Shown in pieces: positions 7,424 through 16,554 of a stretch of 64,000 nt of DNA. The notes beneath the pieces were generated by a model. The model had not been told where the DNA came from and did not search any database. It saw nothing but the letters and a program-made list of their open reading frames with translations. Position 1 is the first letter of the stretch; every line of letters begins with the position of its first letter. The DNA lies in contig JBAZJV010000001.1 in the NCBI GenBank assembly GCA_041651095.1, forward strand, positions 19,835-83,834. Reading direction: 5' to 3'. The DNA is from Patescibacteria group bacterium (GTDB lineage: Bacteria > Patescibacteriota > Patescibacteriia > Patescibacteriales > UBA12465). A program made the position numbers and the translations under genes.

Positions 7424-8280
7424 ATCGTCAATTCGGTTATTTCAACGCGCTGGAGATTATCCAAGCGGCAACCTAAGAATTTTTCGCCTAAAACCCGGAA
7501 GCGCTGCGGATCATCGGTCGTGTAATATCGCCGGCTGGCCGGCCTGGCCGGCGTCAGACCTAATTCCGGATGGCGCCGCAGATAATCGGCTAAAGCACCG
7601 GCGATGACCGTACCGGGGTGAGGCAGGCTGACGCGCGCGCCCATGATTTGGCGGATTTCCCGGTACAGGAAAGGATAGTGGGTGCAGCCGAGGATCAGCG
7701 CGTCCACTTTTTTCATTTTGAGCGGTCGCAGATATTTTTTCAAGATCATTTTGGTTTCCGGCTTAGCCATCCAGCCCTCCTCGATCAGCGGGACCAGCAG
7801 CGGGGCGGCCGCTTGTTCCACTTTAAGCTCCGGCCGTAGTTTGTGCAATTCCAGCGGATAGGCCGCAGAATCGACAGTCGCTCTGGTGCCGATAATGCCG
7901 ACTGTTCGGATTTTCTCGTTGCCGGCGATTATTTCCGCTAGCGGGCGGATGACGCCCAGGACTCGGCGGTCCGGCCATTTGGCGGGCAGATATTCCTGTT
8001 GCAAGCGTCGCAAGGCTTGGCTGGAAGCGGTATTGCAAGCGATGATGACCAGGCGGCAGCCGGCTTGGAACAGGAAATCCACCGCTTCCCGGGCGTAGCG
8101 GTAAATGGTTTCCGGCGATTTTCCGCCATAAGGCAGCCGGGCCGTATCCCCCAGATAAACATAATGATATTCCGGTAATTCCTGCAGGAAATATTTTAAG
8201 ACGCTTAATCCGCCCAAACCGGAATCAAAGACGCCGATGCTGGGAGTTGTTGGATTATATTTAACGGTTTGATCGGGCAT
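7420..8280 (-). CDS. murI: Glutamate racemase
   Basis: IGVFDSGLGGLSVL, IIACNTAS and LGCTHYPF motifs are present. The start was reset to MPDQTVKYNP (ATG at 8278-8280). The 70-aa extension in the track overlaps murD and looks spurious. Confidence 0.85.
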   Translation of the reverse strand: MPDQTVKYNPTTPSIGVFDSGLGGLSVLKYFLQELPEYHYVYLGDTARLPYGGKSPETIYRYAREAVDFLFQAGCRLVIIACNTASSQALRRLQQEYLPAKWPDRRVLGVIRPLAEIIAGNEKIRTVGIIGTRATVDSAAYPLELHKLRPELKVEQAAAPLLVPLIEEGWMAKPETKMILKKYLRPLKMKKVDALILGCTHYPFLYREIRQIMGARVSLPHPGTVIAGALADYLRRHPELGLTPARPASRRYYTTDDPQRFRVLGEKFLGCRLDNLQRVEITELTI

Positions 8281-9604
8281 AATGTTTGAATTGGTCTCCC
8301 CGGTCTTTATAATTCTTGAATAAGCCGAAACTGGCGCAGGCCGCAGAGAGCAGGACGACGTCTCCTGAAACGCTGTGGCGGCGAGCCAGGGCGACGGCGT
8401 TCGCCATGCTCTTGGCGCCAGCCAGCCGGGCCGGCGGGAATCGCTTGGCCAAGACCGTTTGCCTGAGACGCGGCGTCGCCGAGCCTTCAAGCAGGATTAA
8501 GAATTTTACTTTGGCTCTAATTGTCGCGGCCAAGCGTCGGAAATCAGCGCCCTTGTCCGCCCCGCCGGCGATCAGAATAAGCGGCGCAGAAAAGGAATGG
8601 AGATCCAGGATAGTGCTTTCCGGCGTCGTGGCGAAACTATTATCAAAATATTTCACTCCTTTGATCTCGGCCGCCAATTCCAGGCGGTGTTCCAGGTTGC
8701 GGAAGGCGGCAATCGCTCGGCGGTAGATGGCCGGCCGGATGTCCAACCGGCGAGCGACTTCGACGGCCGCGCCGATATTTTCTCGGTTATAGGTTCCGGT
8801 CAGCCGGGTGGGCAGGGAACTGGCGCGAAAATAACTGATACGGCTTGGCAGCCGGGCCTTTGTTAATTTGATCCTTAAATCGGGGTTAGCTATCAGGTAG
8901 CGGTTAGATGATTGTCTGGCAATATTAAGCTTAGCTTTCCAGTAAGCGGCGACCGAAGCATGGAAATTTGGATTATGAGGATCCGCGGCCGCCAGGTGTT
9001 CCGGGAACAGATTGGTGATGACGGACAGCCGCGGCGAATAACGCAGATCTTCCAGCTGGAAACTGGACAATTCCAGAATGACATAATCGTGAGGCTTGAT
9101 TTTGTCGATAAAGGACAACGGCGGGATACCGATATTGCCGCCCAACCAAACCCGGCTCTTAGTCCGACGCTTGGCGGCGCGCAGAATCTGATAGATCAGG
9201 CTGGCCGTCGTCCCCTTGCCTTTGGTACCGGTTACGCCGATGATATTCTTAGTCGGCGCTAGCGAGAAAAACAGATTGATCGGACTAGTGATCATTGTCC
9301 GGCCCCGGCGTCGGGCAGCCAGAATGCCGGGGCAATTGAGCGGCCAGCCGGGTGATCGGAACAGAACATCGAATTTATCCAGACCGGTATTGGAAGCGGC
9401 GCCCAGCTGGTAGCCGACCGGCAGGTGTTTAGTCCGAACTGGCGGCAATTGTCGGCGGGAGCGGGCATCGCAGATCGTCACGGCGACGGGCAGCCGGGCT
9501 TTGTCCAATAAAGCCAGCAAGGCCTGATTATCTAAACCTAAGCCCAGCAAGGCGATCCGCCGGCCGCTCAGTTTTTTTAATTCAGCTATTTGCCGCTTAG
9601 TCAT
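8261..9604 (-). CDS. murD: UDP-N-acetylmuramoylalanine--D-glutamate ligase
   Basis: 447 aa with a Rossmann-like N-terminal domain, the P-loop GVTGTKGKGTT and a Mur ligase C-terminal domain. Confidence 0.85.
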   Translation of the reverse strand: MTKRQIAELKKLSGRRIALLGLGLDNQALLALLDKARLPVAVTICDARSRRQLPPVRTKHLPVGYQLGAASNTGLDKFDVLFRSPGWPLNCPGILAARRRGRTMITSPINLFFSLAPTKNIIGVTGTKGKGTTASLIYQILRAAKRRTKSRVWLGGNIGIPPLSFIDKIKPHDYVILELSSFQLEDLRYSPRLSVITNLFPEHLAAADPHNPNFHASVAAYWKAKLNIARQSSNRYLIANPDLRIKLTKARLPSRISYFRASSLPTRLTGTYNRENIGAAVEVARRLDIRPAIYRRAIAAFRNLEHRLELAAEIKGVKYFDNSFATTPESTILDLHSFSAPLILIAGGADKGADFRRLAATIRAKVKFLILLEGSATPRLRQTVLAKRFPPARLAGAKSMANAVALARRHSVSGDVVLLSAACASFGLFKNYKDRGDQFKHYARSNR

Positions 9605-9605
9605 G

Positions 9606-12392
9606 TTATTTCAGTTCGCCCCAATTATCGCCGCTGGCGCTATCGACGATAATCGGCACTTTTAGCTCTAAGACGCCCTCCATGATTTTTTTGATCGGCG
9701 GGATATATTTATTTATCACATCTTTTCTGATTTCAAAAATCAATTCGTCATGGACCTGCAACAGCAGGCGGATTTCGTTGTCCCGTCCCTGGATCAGTTC
9801 GGCCACCTTGACCATGGCCGCCTTGATGATGTCGGCCGCCGTGCCTTGCAGCGGCGTGTTAATCGCCATTCTTTCCGCGCCTTTGCGGACGACCGGAATG
9901 CTGGAATTGATTTCCGGCAGCGGCCGGCGCCGGCCGAACAGGGTCAGGGCGTATCCCCGCTTTCGCGCTTCTTGGATAAAGCCGTCAGTCATCCGCTTGA
10001 TACCGGGATAAGCGGCCAGGTATTTTGTGATGAACTCATGGGCTCGCCAGTAGGGGATGCCGGCGCTTTGGCTCAGCCCGTGCGGCCCCTGGCCGTAGAG
10101 GATGCCGAAATTTATGGCTTTGGCTTCGCGCCGCATATTCTTGGTGACTGCCCCGGCCGCCACTTCATTGATGGCCGCGGCGGTCGCCGTGTGGATATCT
10201 TCCTGTCGCCGGAAAGCTTTGATCATCTTCTGGTCGCCGGACATATGGGCGGCGAGACGGAGCTCGATTTGCGAATAATCGCAACTGACGAGCCGCCAGC
10301 CCCGCTCGGCCGTGAAAGCGCCGCGGATCCGTTCGCCTTCCGCGGTGCGGGTCGGAATATTCTGCAGATTCGGGTCGGTCGATGACAGGCGGCCGGTGGC
10401 GGCGATCGTCTGATTGAAATTGGTGTGGACCCGGCCGGTCCGCGGATTGATCAGGCCGGGCAGGGCGCTCAGGTAGGTCGTTTGTAATTTGTTCAGTTCC
10501 CGGTAATCCTGCAGCTTGGGGACGATCGGGTGCAGTTCGCGCAGCTTGATCAGCTCATCTTCCGCCGTGGAGAAGCCGGTTTTCGTCTTTTTTAAGCCGT
10601 CCGTCGGGATGGCCAATTTTTCAAAGAGGATTTCTTTCAGCTGTTTGGTGGAATTGATGTTGAATTTGGTCTGCGCCAGACGATAGATTTCTTTTTCCAG
10701 CTTAGCCACCTTTGCGCCCACTTCCCGGTTAAGCTTGGCGAGCGGAGCGGTTTCCAATTTAATACCATTGTTCTCCATCGCTCCCAGCACGGGGACCAGC
10801 GGCAGCTCTATCGAATCATTCAGCCGGTCCAATTTGTCCGCTTTCAGTTTAGCGCGCAAGGATTTAACCAGTCGGTTGGTAAAGTCAGCATCCTCGCAAG
10901 AATAGAGGCTGAGTTTTTCCGGGTCCAAGCTTTTAAAATCAATGGCTAATTGTCCGGGCTGGGTATCGGCCAAGTTCGTCTTGCTGATCTTTTCGAAGCC
11001 CAGTTCCGTAAAGACCAGCGCGTCCAGATTATGTTGGCGGCTAGCCGGGTTGATCAGATAAGAAGCGATCATCGTATCGAAGGCCAGGCCTTTAAGTTCG
11101 ACGCCATGATTTTTCAGCACCCGCCAGTCGAATTTCAGATTATGGCCGTATTTTTTGATCTTGTCATTCTCCAGAAGCGGCTTCAAGGCGGCTAAACGCG
11201 TCCGGTTCATCAGGACGAAATAAGCTTCGCTGGGCTTCCAGGCGAAACTCAAGCCAAGGAGTTCGGCTGTCAGGGTGTCCAGACCGGAAGTTTCGCTGTC
11301 CAAGGCAAAAGCTTTTTGTAATTTCAGTTTTTTGAAGAAAGCGGTAAATTTTTTGTCGTTGTCTATAAGCTGATACGTGAAATCCTTAGCGTTGCGTTCG
11401 AATTTTTTTTGGCCGGAGCTTTCGGACCGCTTGGCCGGCCCGGCTTCGTCAGGCTGATTCGCCGCCGGCCGGCTCTGATCATGCGCTTTATTTATTTTAT
11501 CGCGCAGTTCCTTGACTTTATTTAAGAGTGATTTAAATTCCAGTTCGCTGAATAAGGATAAGACCCGATCCAATTGAAAATTAGAGAATTCAATGTCAGC
11601 CAAAGAAAATTTTATCGGCGCCCGGGTATCGATCCGAGCCAGTTTCTGGCTCAGATAGGCGTTAGCCTTATTGATTTGAAGCAATTCCTTGGTGCGTGGC
11701 GTTATTTTAGCGCTATTTTTGGCGACGGCGGCATAGACGCCGTCCAGATCGCGGAAATTTACCAGCAGCTCGCTGGCCGTCTTTTCGCCGATGCCTTTTA
11801 CGCCCGGAATATTGTCGCTCGGGTCGCCGCGCAGCGCCTTATAATCGATAATCTGATCGGGGCTAAGGCGATATCGTTCTTTGACCTGCTCGGCGCCATA
11901 CAAGACGCTGTCTGATAAACCGCGGCTCATGGTGTAGACCTTGGTTTTATCGTCTATCAGTTGCAGAGTATCAAGATCGCCGGTGATGATTATTTTTTCC
12001 AGATTTTTGGTATCGGCCGATTTGGCGCAAATAGTGCCGATCAGATCATCCGCTTCATAGCCGTCCACTTCGAAAATCGGAATGTTGAAAGCCTCGGCCA
12101 CCTTTTTGACCAGCGGAATCTGTTCATATAATTCATCCGGCGCTTTGACGCGCGTCGCTTTATAGTCGGCATAGGCGGCGTGCCGGAAAGTCGGGCCTTT
12201 CTTGTCCAGCGTGAGCACGACGTATTCCGGATGGAATTCATTCAAGGCCTTGAGCAGGAAGGAAGTAAAGCCATAGACGGCGTTGACCAGCAAGCCTTTT
12301 TTGGTGCGCAAAGTCGGCGGCAGGGCGTGGAAACTGCGATGGATTAGGGCGTTACCGTCGATGATAATCAGTTTTGGCTTGGTCTTGGACAT
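9606..12392 (-). CDS. polA: DNA polymerase I
   Basis: 928 aa. It has a 5'-nuclease domain (LIIIDGNALIHRSFHA), a 3'-5' exo-like domain and a family A polymerase domain (DYSQIELRLAAH, QVHDELIFE). Confidence 0.95.
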   Translation of the reverse strand: MSKTKPKLIIIDGNALIHRSFHALPPTLRTKKGLLVNAVYGFTSFLLKALNEFHPEYVVLTLDKKGPTFRHAAYADYKATRVKAPDELYEQIPLVKKVAEAFNIPIFEVDGYEADDLIGTICAKSADTKNLEKIIITGDLDTLQLIDDKTKVYTMSRGLSDSVLYGAEQVKERYRLSPDQIIDYKALRGDPSDNIPGVKGIGEKTASELLVNFRDLDGVYAAVAKNSAKITPRTKELLQINKANAYLSQKLARIDTRAPIKFSLADIEFSNFQLDRVLSLFSELEFKSLLNKVKELRDKINKAHDQSRPAANQPDEAGPAKRSESSGQKKFERNAKDFTYQLIDNDKKFTAFFKKLKLQKAFALDSETSGLDTLTAELLGLSFAWKPSEAYFVLMNRTRLAALKPLLENDKIKKYGHNLKFDWRVLKNHGVELKGLAFDTMIASYLINPASRQHNLDALVFTELGFEKISKTNLADTQPGQLAIDFKSLDPEKLSLYSCEDADFTNRLVKSLRAKLKADKLDRLNDSIELPLVPVLGAMENNGIKLETAPLAKLNREVGAKVAKLEKEIYRLAQTKFNINSTKQLKEILFEKLAIPTDGLKKTKTGFSTAEDELIKLRELHPIVPKLQDYRELNKLQTTYLSALPGLINPRTGRVHTNFNQTIAATGRLSSTDPNLQNIPTRTAEGERIRGAFTAERGWRLVSCDYSQIELRLAAHMSGDQKMIKAFRRQEDIHTATAAAINEVAAGAVTKNMRREAKAINFGILYGQGPHGLSQSAGIPYWRAHEFITKYLAAYPGIKRMTDGFIQEARKRGYALTLFGRRRPLPEINSSIPVVRKGAERMAINTPLQGTAADIIKAAMVKVAELIQGRDNEIRLLLQVHDELIFEIRKDVINKYIPPIKKIMEGVLELKVPIIVDSASGDNWGELK

Positions 12393-12445
12393 GGCTTAAT
12401 TTTACCATTTTTAGGCGGGTCGAGCAAAAAGCCAAAATCAGCGCC

Positions 12446-12488
12446 AAAATAAAAAAATAGCCTCCGACCAAAAATGCATCGGAGACTA
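12446..12488 (-). terminator. Rho-independent terminator for a minus-strand transcript
   Basis: The minus strand reads TAGTCTCCGA-tgcatttttgg-TCGGAGGCTA followed by TTTTTTTATTTT. The mismatch becomes a G.U pair only on the minus-strand RNA. Confidence 0.6.
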
Positions 12489-13034
12489 TTTCGAGGGGGT
12501 CACGTGAAAAAAATTATATGGAAACAATAATTGGCCCGTCTCGAAGAAACCCTTAATGGCCCACCGCATTAGCCCGAGCTTAATGGCTATTCCTAGGATA
12601 CGCTATATTATTGAAATGTATCCAGGCGATGGACCTTTCGTTAAACGAAAGCGGAATCCTTTGGGAAAACAGTTTCCCCCGATATTTTTCCCTCTTGGCT
12701 TACAGGGGTTATGGGGGCAAGGGCGACGCTCTCTCTAACGAAGATTAACGCTGTAATGAACGACGATATCAAATATAACTTCATACTGATCCTCTCTTCG
12801 TTAATGAAAGTTTATTTGATTCTGGCGCGCCGATCAAAATTGCTGTTGTTGACCAAGGGCAATATGCCTAATGAGCTATCTCGCTCGACTTGGTTTGGTG
12901 TTGCCTGATTAGCAATATTGAAAGGGGCCGACTGCCGATAAAGGGAAAGAGTATTGTACCCAAGCACGCTCTGGTGCGATTTATCTCCTATGGGAGACAT
13001 TTATTTACGGGCCGTCTGTAATTCCCTTTATATA
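12489..13034 (-). ncRNA. Candidate structured non-coding RNA of unknown class (promoter-to-terminator unit without a credible ORF)
   Basis: The stretch is ORF-poor and bracketed by a sigma70-like promoter and a terminator. It contains perfect 10-bp (13022-13031 / 12938-12947) and 9-bp (12795-12803 / 12736-12744) helices, a UCGG-capped hairpin and a possible pseudoknot. Confidence 0.3.
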
Positions 13035-13040
13035 TCCTGT

Positions 13041-13068
13041 ATATTACTCGTTTAGTTTGAAAAGTCAA
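13041..13068 (-). promoter_or_regulatory. Sigma70-like promoter TTGACT-16-TAATAT
   Basis: The -35 box is at 13063-13068 and the -10 box at 13041-13046, both read on the minus strand. Confidence 0.4.
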
Positions 13069-13133
13069 GGCCTGTTGGTTTGATTTGTGGAAAAGCCGGT
13101 TTTCTAGTAAAATTATAGAGAAACTGCTATTTT

Positions 13134-13880
13134 ATGCCCATGGAAAAGAAAACCATTATTATTGGCAGCCGGGCGGTAAGCTATTTGGTCAGCCCAAATT
13201 TACGACTTGATCAAGCCGTCGTTTTTTTGCCGGGCTGGCAATCGCCGGCGGATTTGTTTTGTTCGGTGATGGGAGACCAACCCGATCTATTAGCGGTTAA
13301 TTTTCCGGGCTGGCCGGGCAGCGAAGCGCCGCAGGAAACCTGGGGTCTGGCGGAATATGCTGATTTCCTTAAGATATTTTTGGAGCGGTTGTCTATCCAG
13401 CCGGCGGTCTTAATCGGCCATAGCATCGGCGCGGCGATTGCCGTGGAATATCTGAGCCGCGGCCATCAAGCCGGCAAGCTAATCATGATTGACGGAGCGA
13501 TTATCCGGGAAAAGACCTTGCGAGTCAAAACCTGGTCGTTGGGAGCTAAGCTGGGCGGCTGGTTTCTGCCTTTGTTGGGCAACAAGGCGCGGCAAGGTCT
13601 GCGCACCAGATTTACTAGCCCCGATGACCGGCAGGCCGGCGCGCTCCGGCCCACTTATCGCCGCCTGATTACTGAAGACCGCCAGGCGGCTTTCCGGTCT
13701 CTGCGTTTGCCAATCACCTTGATTTGGGGCCAGGATGATCCGGATACGCCGCTTAGCCAGGCCAAACGGTTGCAGCTGTTGCATCCGGACGCGGAGTTGC
13801 AGGTGATTCCGCAAGCCGGACATTATTGCTTCCTGGACCAGCCGGCCGTTTTCAAAGACATCATGGCTAAATTATTATGA
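13134..13880 (+). CDS. Alpha/beta-fold hydrolase
   Basis: 248 aa with the nucleophile elbow GHSIGAAIA, a late GQDDPDTP motif and AGHYCFLDQP (catalytic His region). Confidence 0.7.
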   Translation: MPMEKKTIIIGSRAVSYLVSPNLRLDQAVVFLPGWQSPADLFCSVMGDQPDLLAVNFPGWPGSEAPQETWGLAEYADFLKIFLERLSIQPAVLIGHSIGAAIAVEYLSRGHQAGKLIMIDGAIIREKTLRVKTWSLGAKLGGWFLPLLGNKARQGLRTRFTSPDDRQAGALRPTYRRLITEDRQAAFRSLRLPITLIWGQDDPDTPLSQAKRLQLLHPDAELQVIPQAGHYCFLDQPAVFKDIMAKLL

Positions 13881-15247
13881 AGATTATCCGAGGATTGATT
13901 TATATTCTGCAGCGGGAATCCTACGATGCCCGGCGGTTCCTGGCTTTTGTCTATGGCGATTACCGCTGGTGGGCGCTTGAGAGGAGGCAGGCCATTGATT
14001 GGACCAATAAGGCCAAAGCTTTATATATAACGGTTTGGGGAGTCATTACCATCTTAGCGGCTGTTTTGATTTATTATTTAAACTGGTGGACGATTTTGGC
14101 GCTGACCATTCTCTTGCCGCTGTTGCCGTTGCTCATTATCTTGTCTCTCGGTTTGCTTTGGCCGCTTGATCATTATTTGAAACAATGCCGGGTCGCGGCC
14201 GCGCGGCAGGCTTTAAAAACCATGTCGACGACGGTTATCGGCATTACCGGCAGCTACGGCAAAACCAGCTTGAAAGAAATTTTGTTAGCGGTGCTGCAAG
14301 CGAATCGTCCGGTCATCGCGACGCCGGATAATGTCAACACCGATCTGGGTATCGCAGAATTCATCTTGAAGAACCGTGATAAAATCGCCGCCGCCGCTTT
14401 TTTTATCGTAGAAATGGGCGCTTATCAAAGAGGCGATATTGCCCGGATCTGCGACCTGGTCCAGCCGGCCTATTCTTTGTTGACCGGCATCAACGAAGCG
14501 CATCTGGAAAGATTCGGCAGCCTGGAGAAGACGGTGCAAGCGAAGTTCGAGTTGGCCGAACGGACCGCTAAGCAAGTTATTTTGAATTTGACCGATGATA
14601 ATGTCCGGGCTAATTACGCTCGATTCCGCCTGCCGGCGGTGGAGGGGGTAGATTATTCGGCTGTCACGGATCTGGCGGCTAAGCCGGATTTTGGCGGCTG
14701 GTCCTTCCGTTACCGGGGGTACGATTTTACAACCCGGCTGTTAGCCAAGCATAATATCATCCTGATTGCCATGGCCCTCAGGCTGGCGGAAAGACTAGGC
14801 TTGGACTTAAGTCTGGCCGCGGCTCCTTTGGTCGCCATGCCTTTCGTGAAGCACCGTTTGGAACCGATTTATAATCAGCAATCCCGGCTATTAGTCATCG
14901 ATGACAGCTATAACGGCAATTTCCAGGGCTTTATCAGCGGTTTGGATGTGCTCAGCCGGGCGTCCGGCCGGAAATTGGTTATCACGCCCGGCCTGGTGGA
15001 ACTGGGAGTTAAGAAGGAAATCCGGCATCGGGAAATCGCCCGCCTGTATGCTGATCAACGCCTGGATCTGGTCCTGCTGGTGGAAAATAGCGCGACGCGC
15101 TATATTATTGATGAGTTCAAGCAAATAGGTTTTGTCAATTATCAGGTCTATCCGTCCGCCGCCGCGGCCCATCAGGCGCTGGCTACAGTCCTAAAACCGG
15201 GCGACACCATTATTTTTCAGAATGATTGGCCGGATAACTACAAATAA
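13877..15247 (+). CDS. murF: Mur ligase, MurF-like (UDP-MurNAc-tripeptide--D-Ala-D-Ala ligase) with an N-terminal membrane segment
   Basis: The P-loop ITGSYGKTSLKEIL lies near residue 125, followed by Mur ligase middle and C-terminal domains. It is translationally coupled to ddl. The first ~110 aa are hydrophobic (ITVWGVITILAAVLIYYLNWWTILALTILLPLLPLLIILSLGLLWPL). Confidence 0.7.
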   Translation: MKIIRGLIYILQRESYDARRFLAFVYGDYRWWALERRQAIDWTNKAKALYITVWGVITILAAVLIYYLNWWTILALTILLPLLPLLIILSLGLLWPLDHYLKQCRVAAARQALKTMSTTVIGITGSYGKTSLKEILLAVLQANRPVIATPDNVNTDLGIAEFILKNRDKIAAAAFFIVEMGAYQRGDIARICDLVQPAYSLLTGINEAHLERFGSLEKTVQAKFELAERTAKQVILNLTDDNVRANYARFRLPAVEGVDYSAVTDLAAKPDFGGWSFRYRGYDFTTRLLAKHNIILIAMALRLAERLGLDLSLAAAPLVAMPFVKHRLEPIYNQQSRLLVIDDSYNGNFQGFISGLDVLSRASGRKLVITPGLVELGVKKEIRHREIARLYADQRLDLVLLVENSATRYIIDEFKQIGFVNYQVYPSAAAAHQALATVLKPGDTIIFQNDWPDNYK

Positions 15248-15248
15248 T

Positions 15249-16430
15249 ATGGATAATATCAAGAACATCGGCGTCTGGTTCGGCGGCAAGAGTCCGGAAC
15301 ATGACATCTCCGTCATCACCGGTCAGCTGATTATCGCCGAACTCAGAAAGATGCCGGAGTATCAGGTCGTGCCGGTTTATTTGAGCAAGGAGGAAAAATT
15401 TTTTATCGGCGACGAGCTGGGTCATCTGGATTTTTTCAGCGCCGACGATTATCAGGCCCGGCTGGCCGATTACGGCGGCTACCGGCTTGACCTGGACGCT
15501 TCCGCCGGCCGGTTGCGTTTCGTGAAGCAGCGCCATTTGAAAAAGCAAGAAGTGATTATTGATCTGGTACTCCCCGCTTTTCACGGCAATCTGGGCGAAG
15601 ACGGCGCCATGCAGGGCTTATGGGAAGTTTTCGGCGTACCTTATGCCGGCTGCGAAGTCGCCGCTTCCAGCGTGGCGATGGATAAAGTGCTGACCAAGAC
15701 TTTTTATCGGGGTTTAGGCGTACCGACGACGAAATTTTTATCCTATAGCCGCCAGGAGTGGACGGCAGGTAAAAATCGGATCCTTGAGGAAATAAAAGAT
15801 ATTTTAAAGTGGCCGGTTTTCGTCAAACCGCCCCATCTCGGTTCATCCATCGGTATCACCAAAGTTAAAGTTTTTGCCGAGTTGGAGCAAGCTTGCGAAG
15901 TCGCTCTCCATTACGATGAGAAATTATTGGTGGAAGAGGGAGTAGAACATCTGGTCGACCTGACCTGCGCCGTGCGCGGCTATCATGAGCCGCAGGCCTC
16001 CTTGCTGCAGGAGTCTTCTTTCGCTACCGATTTATTCAGCTATGAAGACAAATATCTGAGCGACGGCGGCGCGCAGTTAGGCCGGGCAGAACAAAAATTA
16101 ACCATTCCGGCCAACATCGATCCGGCTACGACCGCGGCCATTCAAGCCGCTTCCCGACGGATATTCACGGCTCTGGGCTGTGTCGGCATCGCCCGTTTCG
16201 ATTTCCTGTACAACAGCGCGACCAAGGAGTATTTCGCCAATGAAATAAATCCGTTGCCCGGCACTTTATACCACCATTTATGGCAGCAGAGCGGCGTCGA
16301 GATCGGCGAGCTCATCCGCGGCCTGATCACCGACGCCTTAGCCAGGCATCAGGAAAAGGCGGCGACTGCCCGCATTTTCTCGTCCGAAGTATTGGGCCGT
16401 TTAAAGGGCCTGAAATTGATCCGTAAATAG
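15249..16430 (+). CDS. ddl: D-alanine--D-alanine ligase
   Basis: FGGKSPEHDISV, HGNLGEDGAMQG and an ATP-grasp core ending in EINPLPG. The start was reset to MDNIKNIGV (ATG at 15249), 1 nt after the murF stop. Confidence 0.9.
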   Translation: MDNIKNIGVWFGGKSPEHDISVITGQLIIAELRKMPEYQVVPVYLSKEEKFFIGDELGHLDFFSADDYQARLADYGGYRLDLDASAGRLRFVKQRHLKKQEVIIDLVLPAFHGNLGEDGAMQGLWEVFGVPYAGCEVAASSVAMDKVLTKTFYRGLGVPTTKFLSYSRQEWTAGKNRILEEIKDILKWPVFVKPPHLGSSIGITKVKVFAELEQACEVALHYDEKLLVEEGVEHLVDLTCAVRGYHEPQASLLQESSFATDLFSYEDKYLSDGGAQLGRAEQKLTIPANIDPATTAAIQAASRRIFTALGCVGIARFDFLYNSATKEYFANEINPLPGTLYHHLWQQSGVEIGELIRGLITDALARHQEKAATARIFSSEVLGRLKGLKLIRK

Positions 16431-16454
16431 ATTCACAATAACGGTCAGCTTGAT

Positions 16455-16495
16455 AAAAAACCCGGCCTGGTTTGGCCGGGTTCTTTTATTTTTCA
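16455..16495. terminator. Bidirectional rho-independent terminator
   Basis: AAAAAACCCGGCC-tggttt-GGCCGGGTTCTTTTATTTTT, lying between the convergent ddl and SDR genes. Confidence 0.65.
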
Positions 16496-16554
16496 GTTTT
16501 AGAGGAAATCGTACCGGCGCGAATCGCGCTCATTCGCGGATTTACGCCGCCCGT

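Noticed and set aside
8281-8490. A 70-aa N-terminal extension of murI as listed in the ORF track
   Set aside because: The extension is Arg/Pro/Trp-rich, overlaps the murD C-terminus and precedes the conserved MurI N-terminus. The internal ATG at 8280 gives a normal-length protein.
12812-13000. A 62-aa minus ORF inside the non-coding unit
   Set aside because: It has no Shine-Dalgarno-like sequence, a compositionally odd peptide and overlap with strong RNA helices. It is more likely non-coding.
12446-13068. tmRNA, RNase P RNA, SRP RNA or 6S identity for the orphan non-coding unit
   Set aside because: There is no T-arm (GGTTCGAnTCC-like) or ACCA-proximal acceptor pairing. The only tag-like frame ends ..NNSNFDRRARIK rather than in a hydrophobic AA-type tail. 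There is no GAGGAAAGUCC / ACAGAA..GGCUUA P4 block and no GGAA-tetraloop SRP helix 8 motif. The class therefore stays unassigned.
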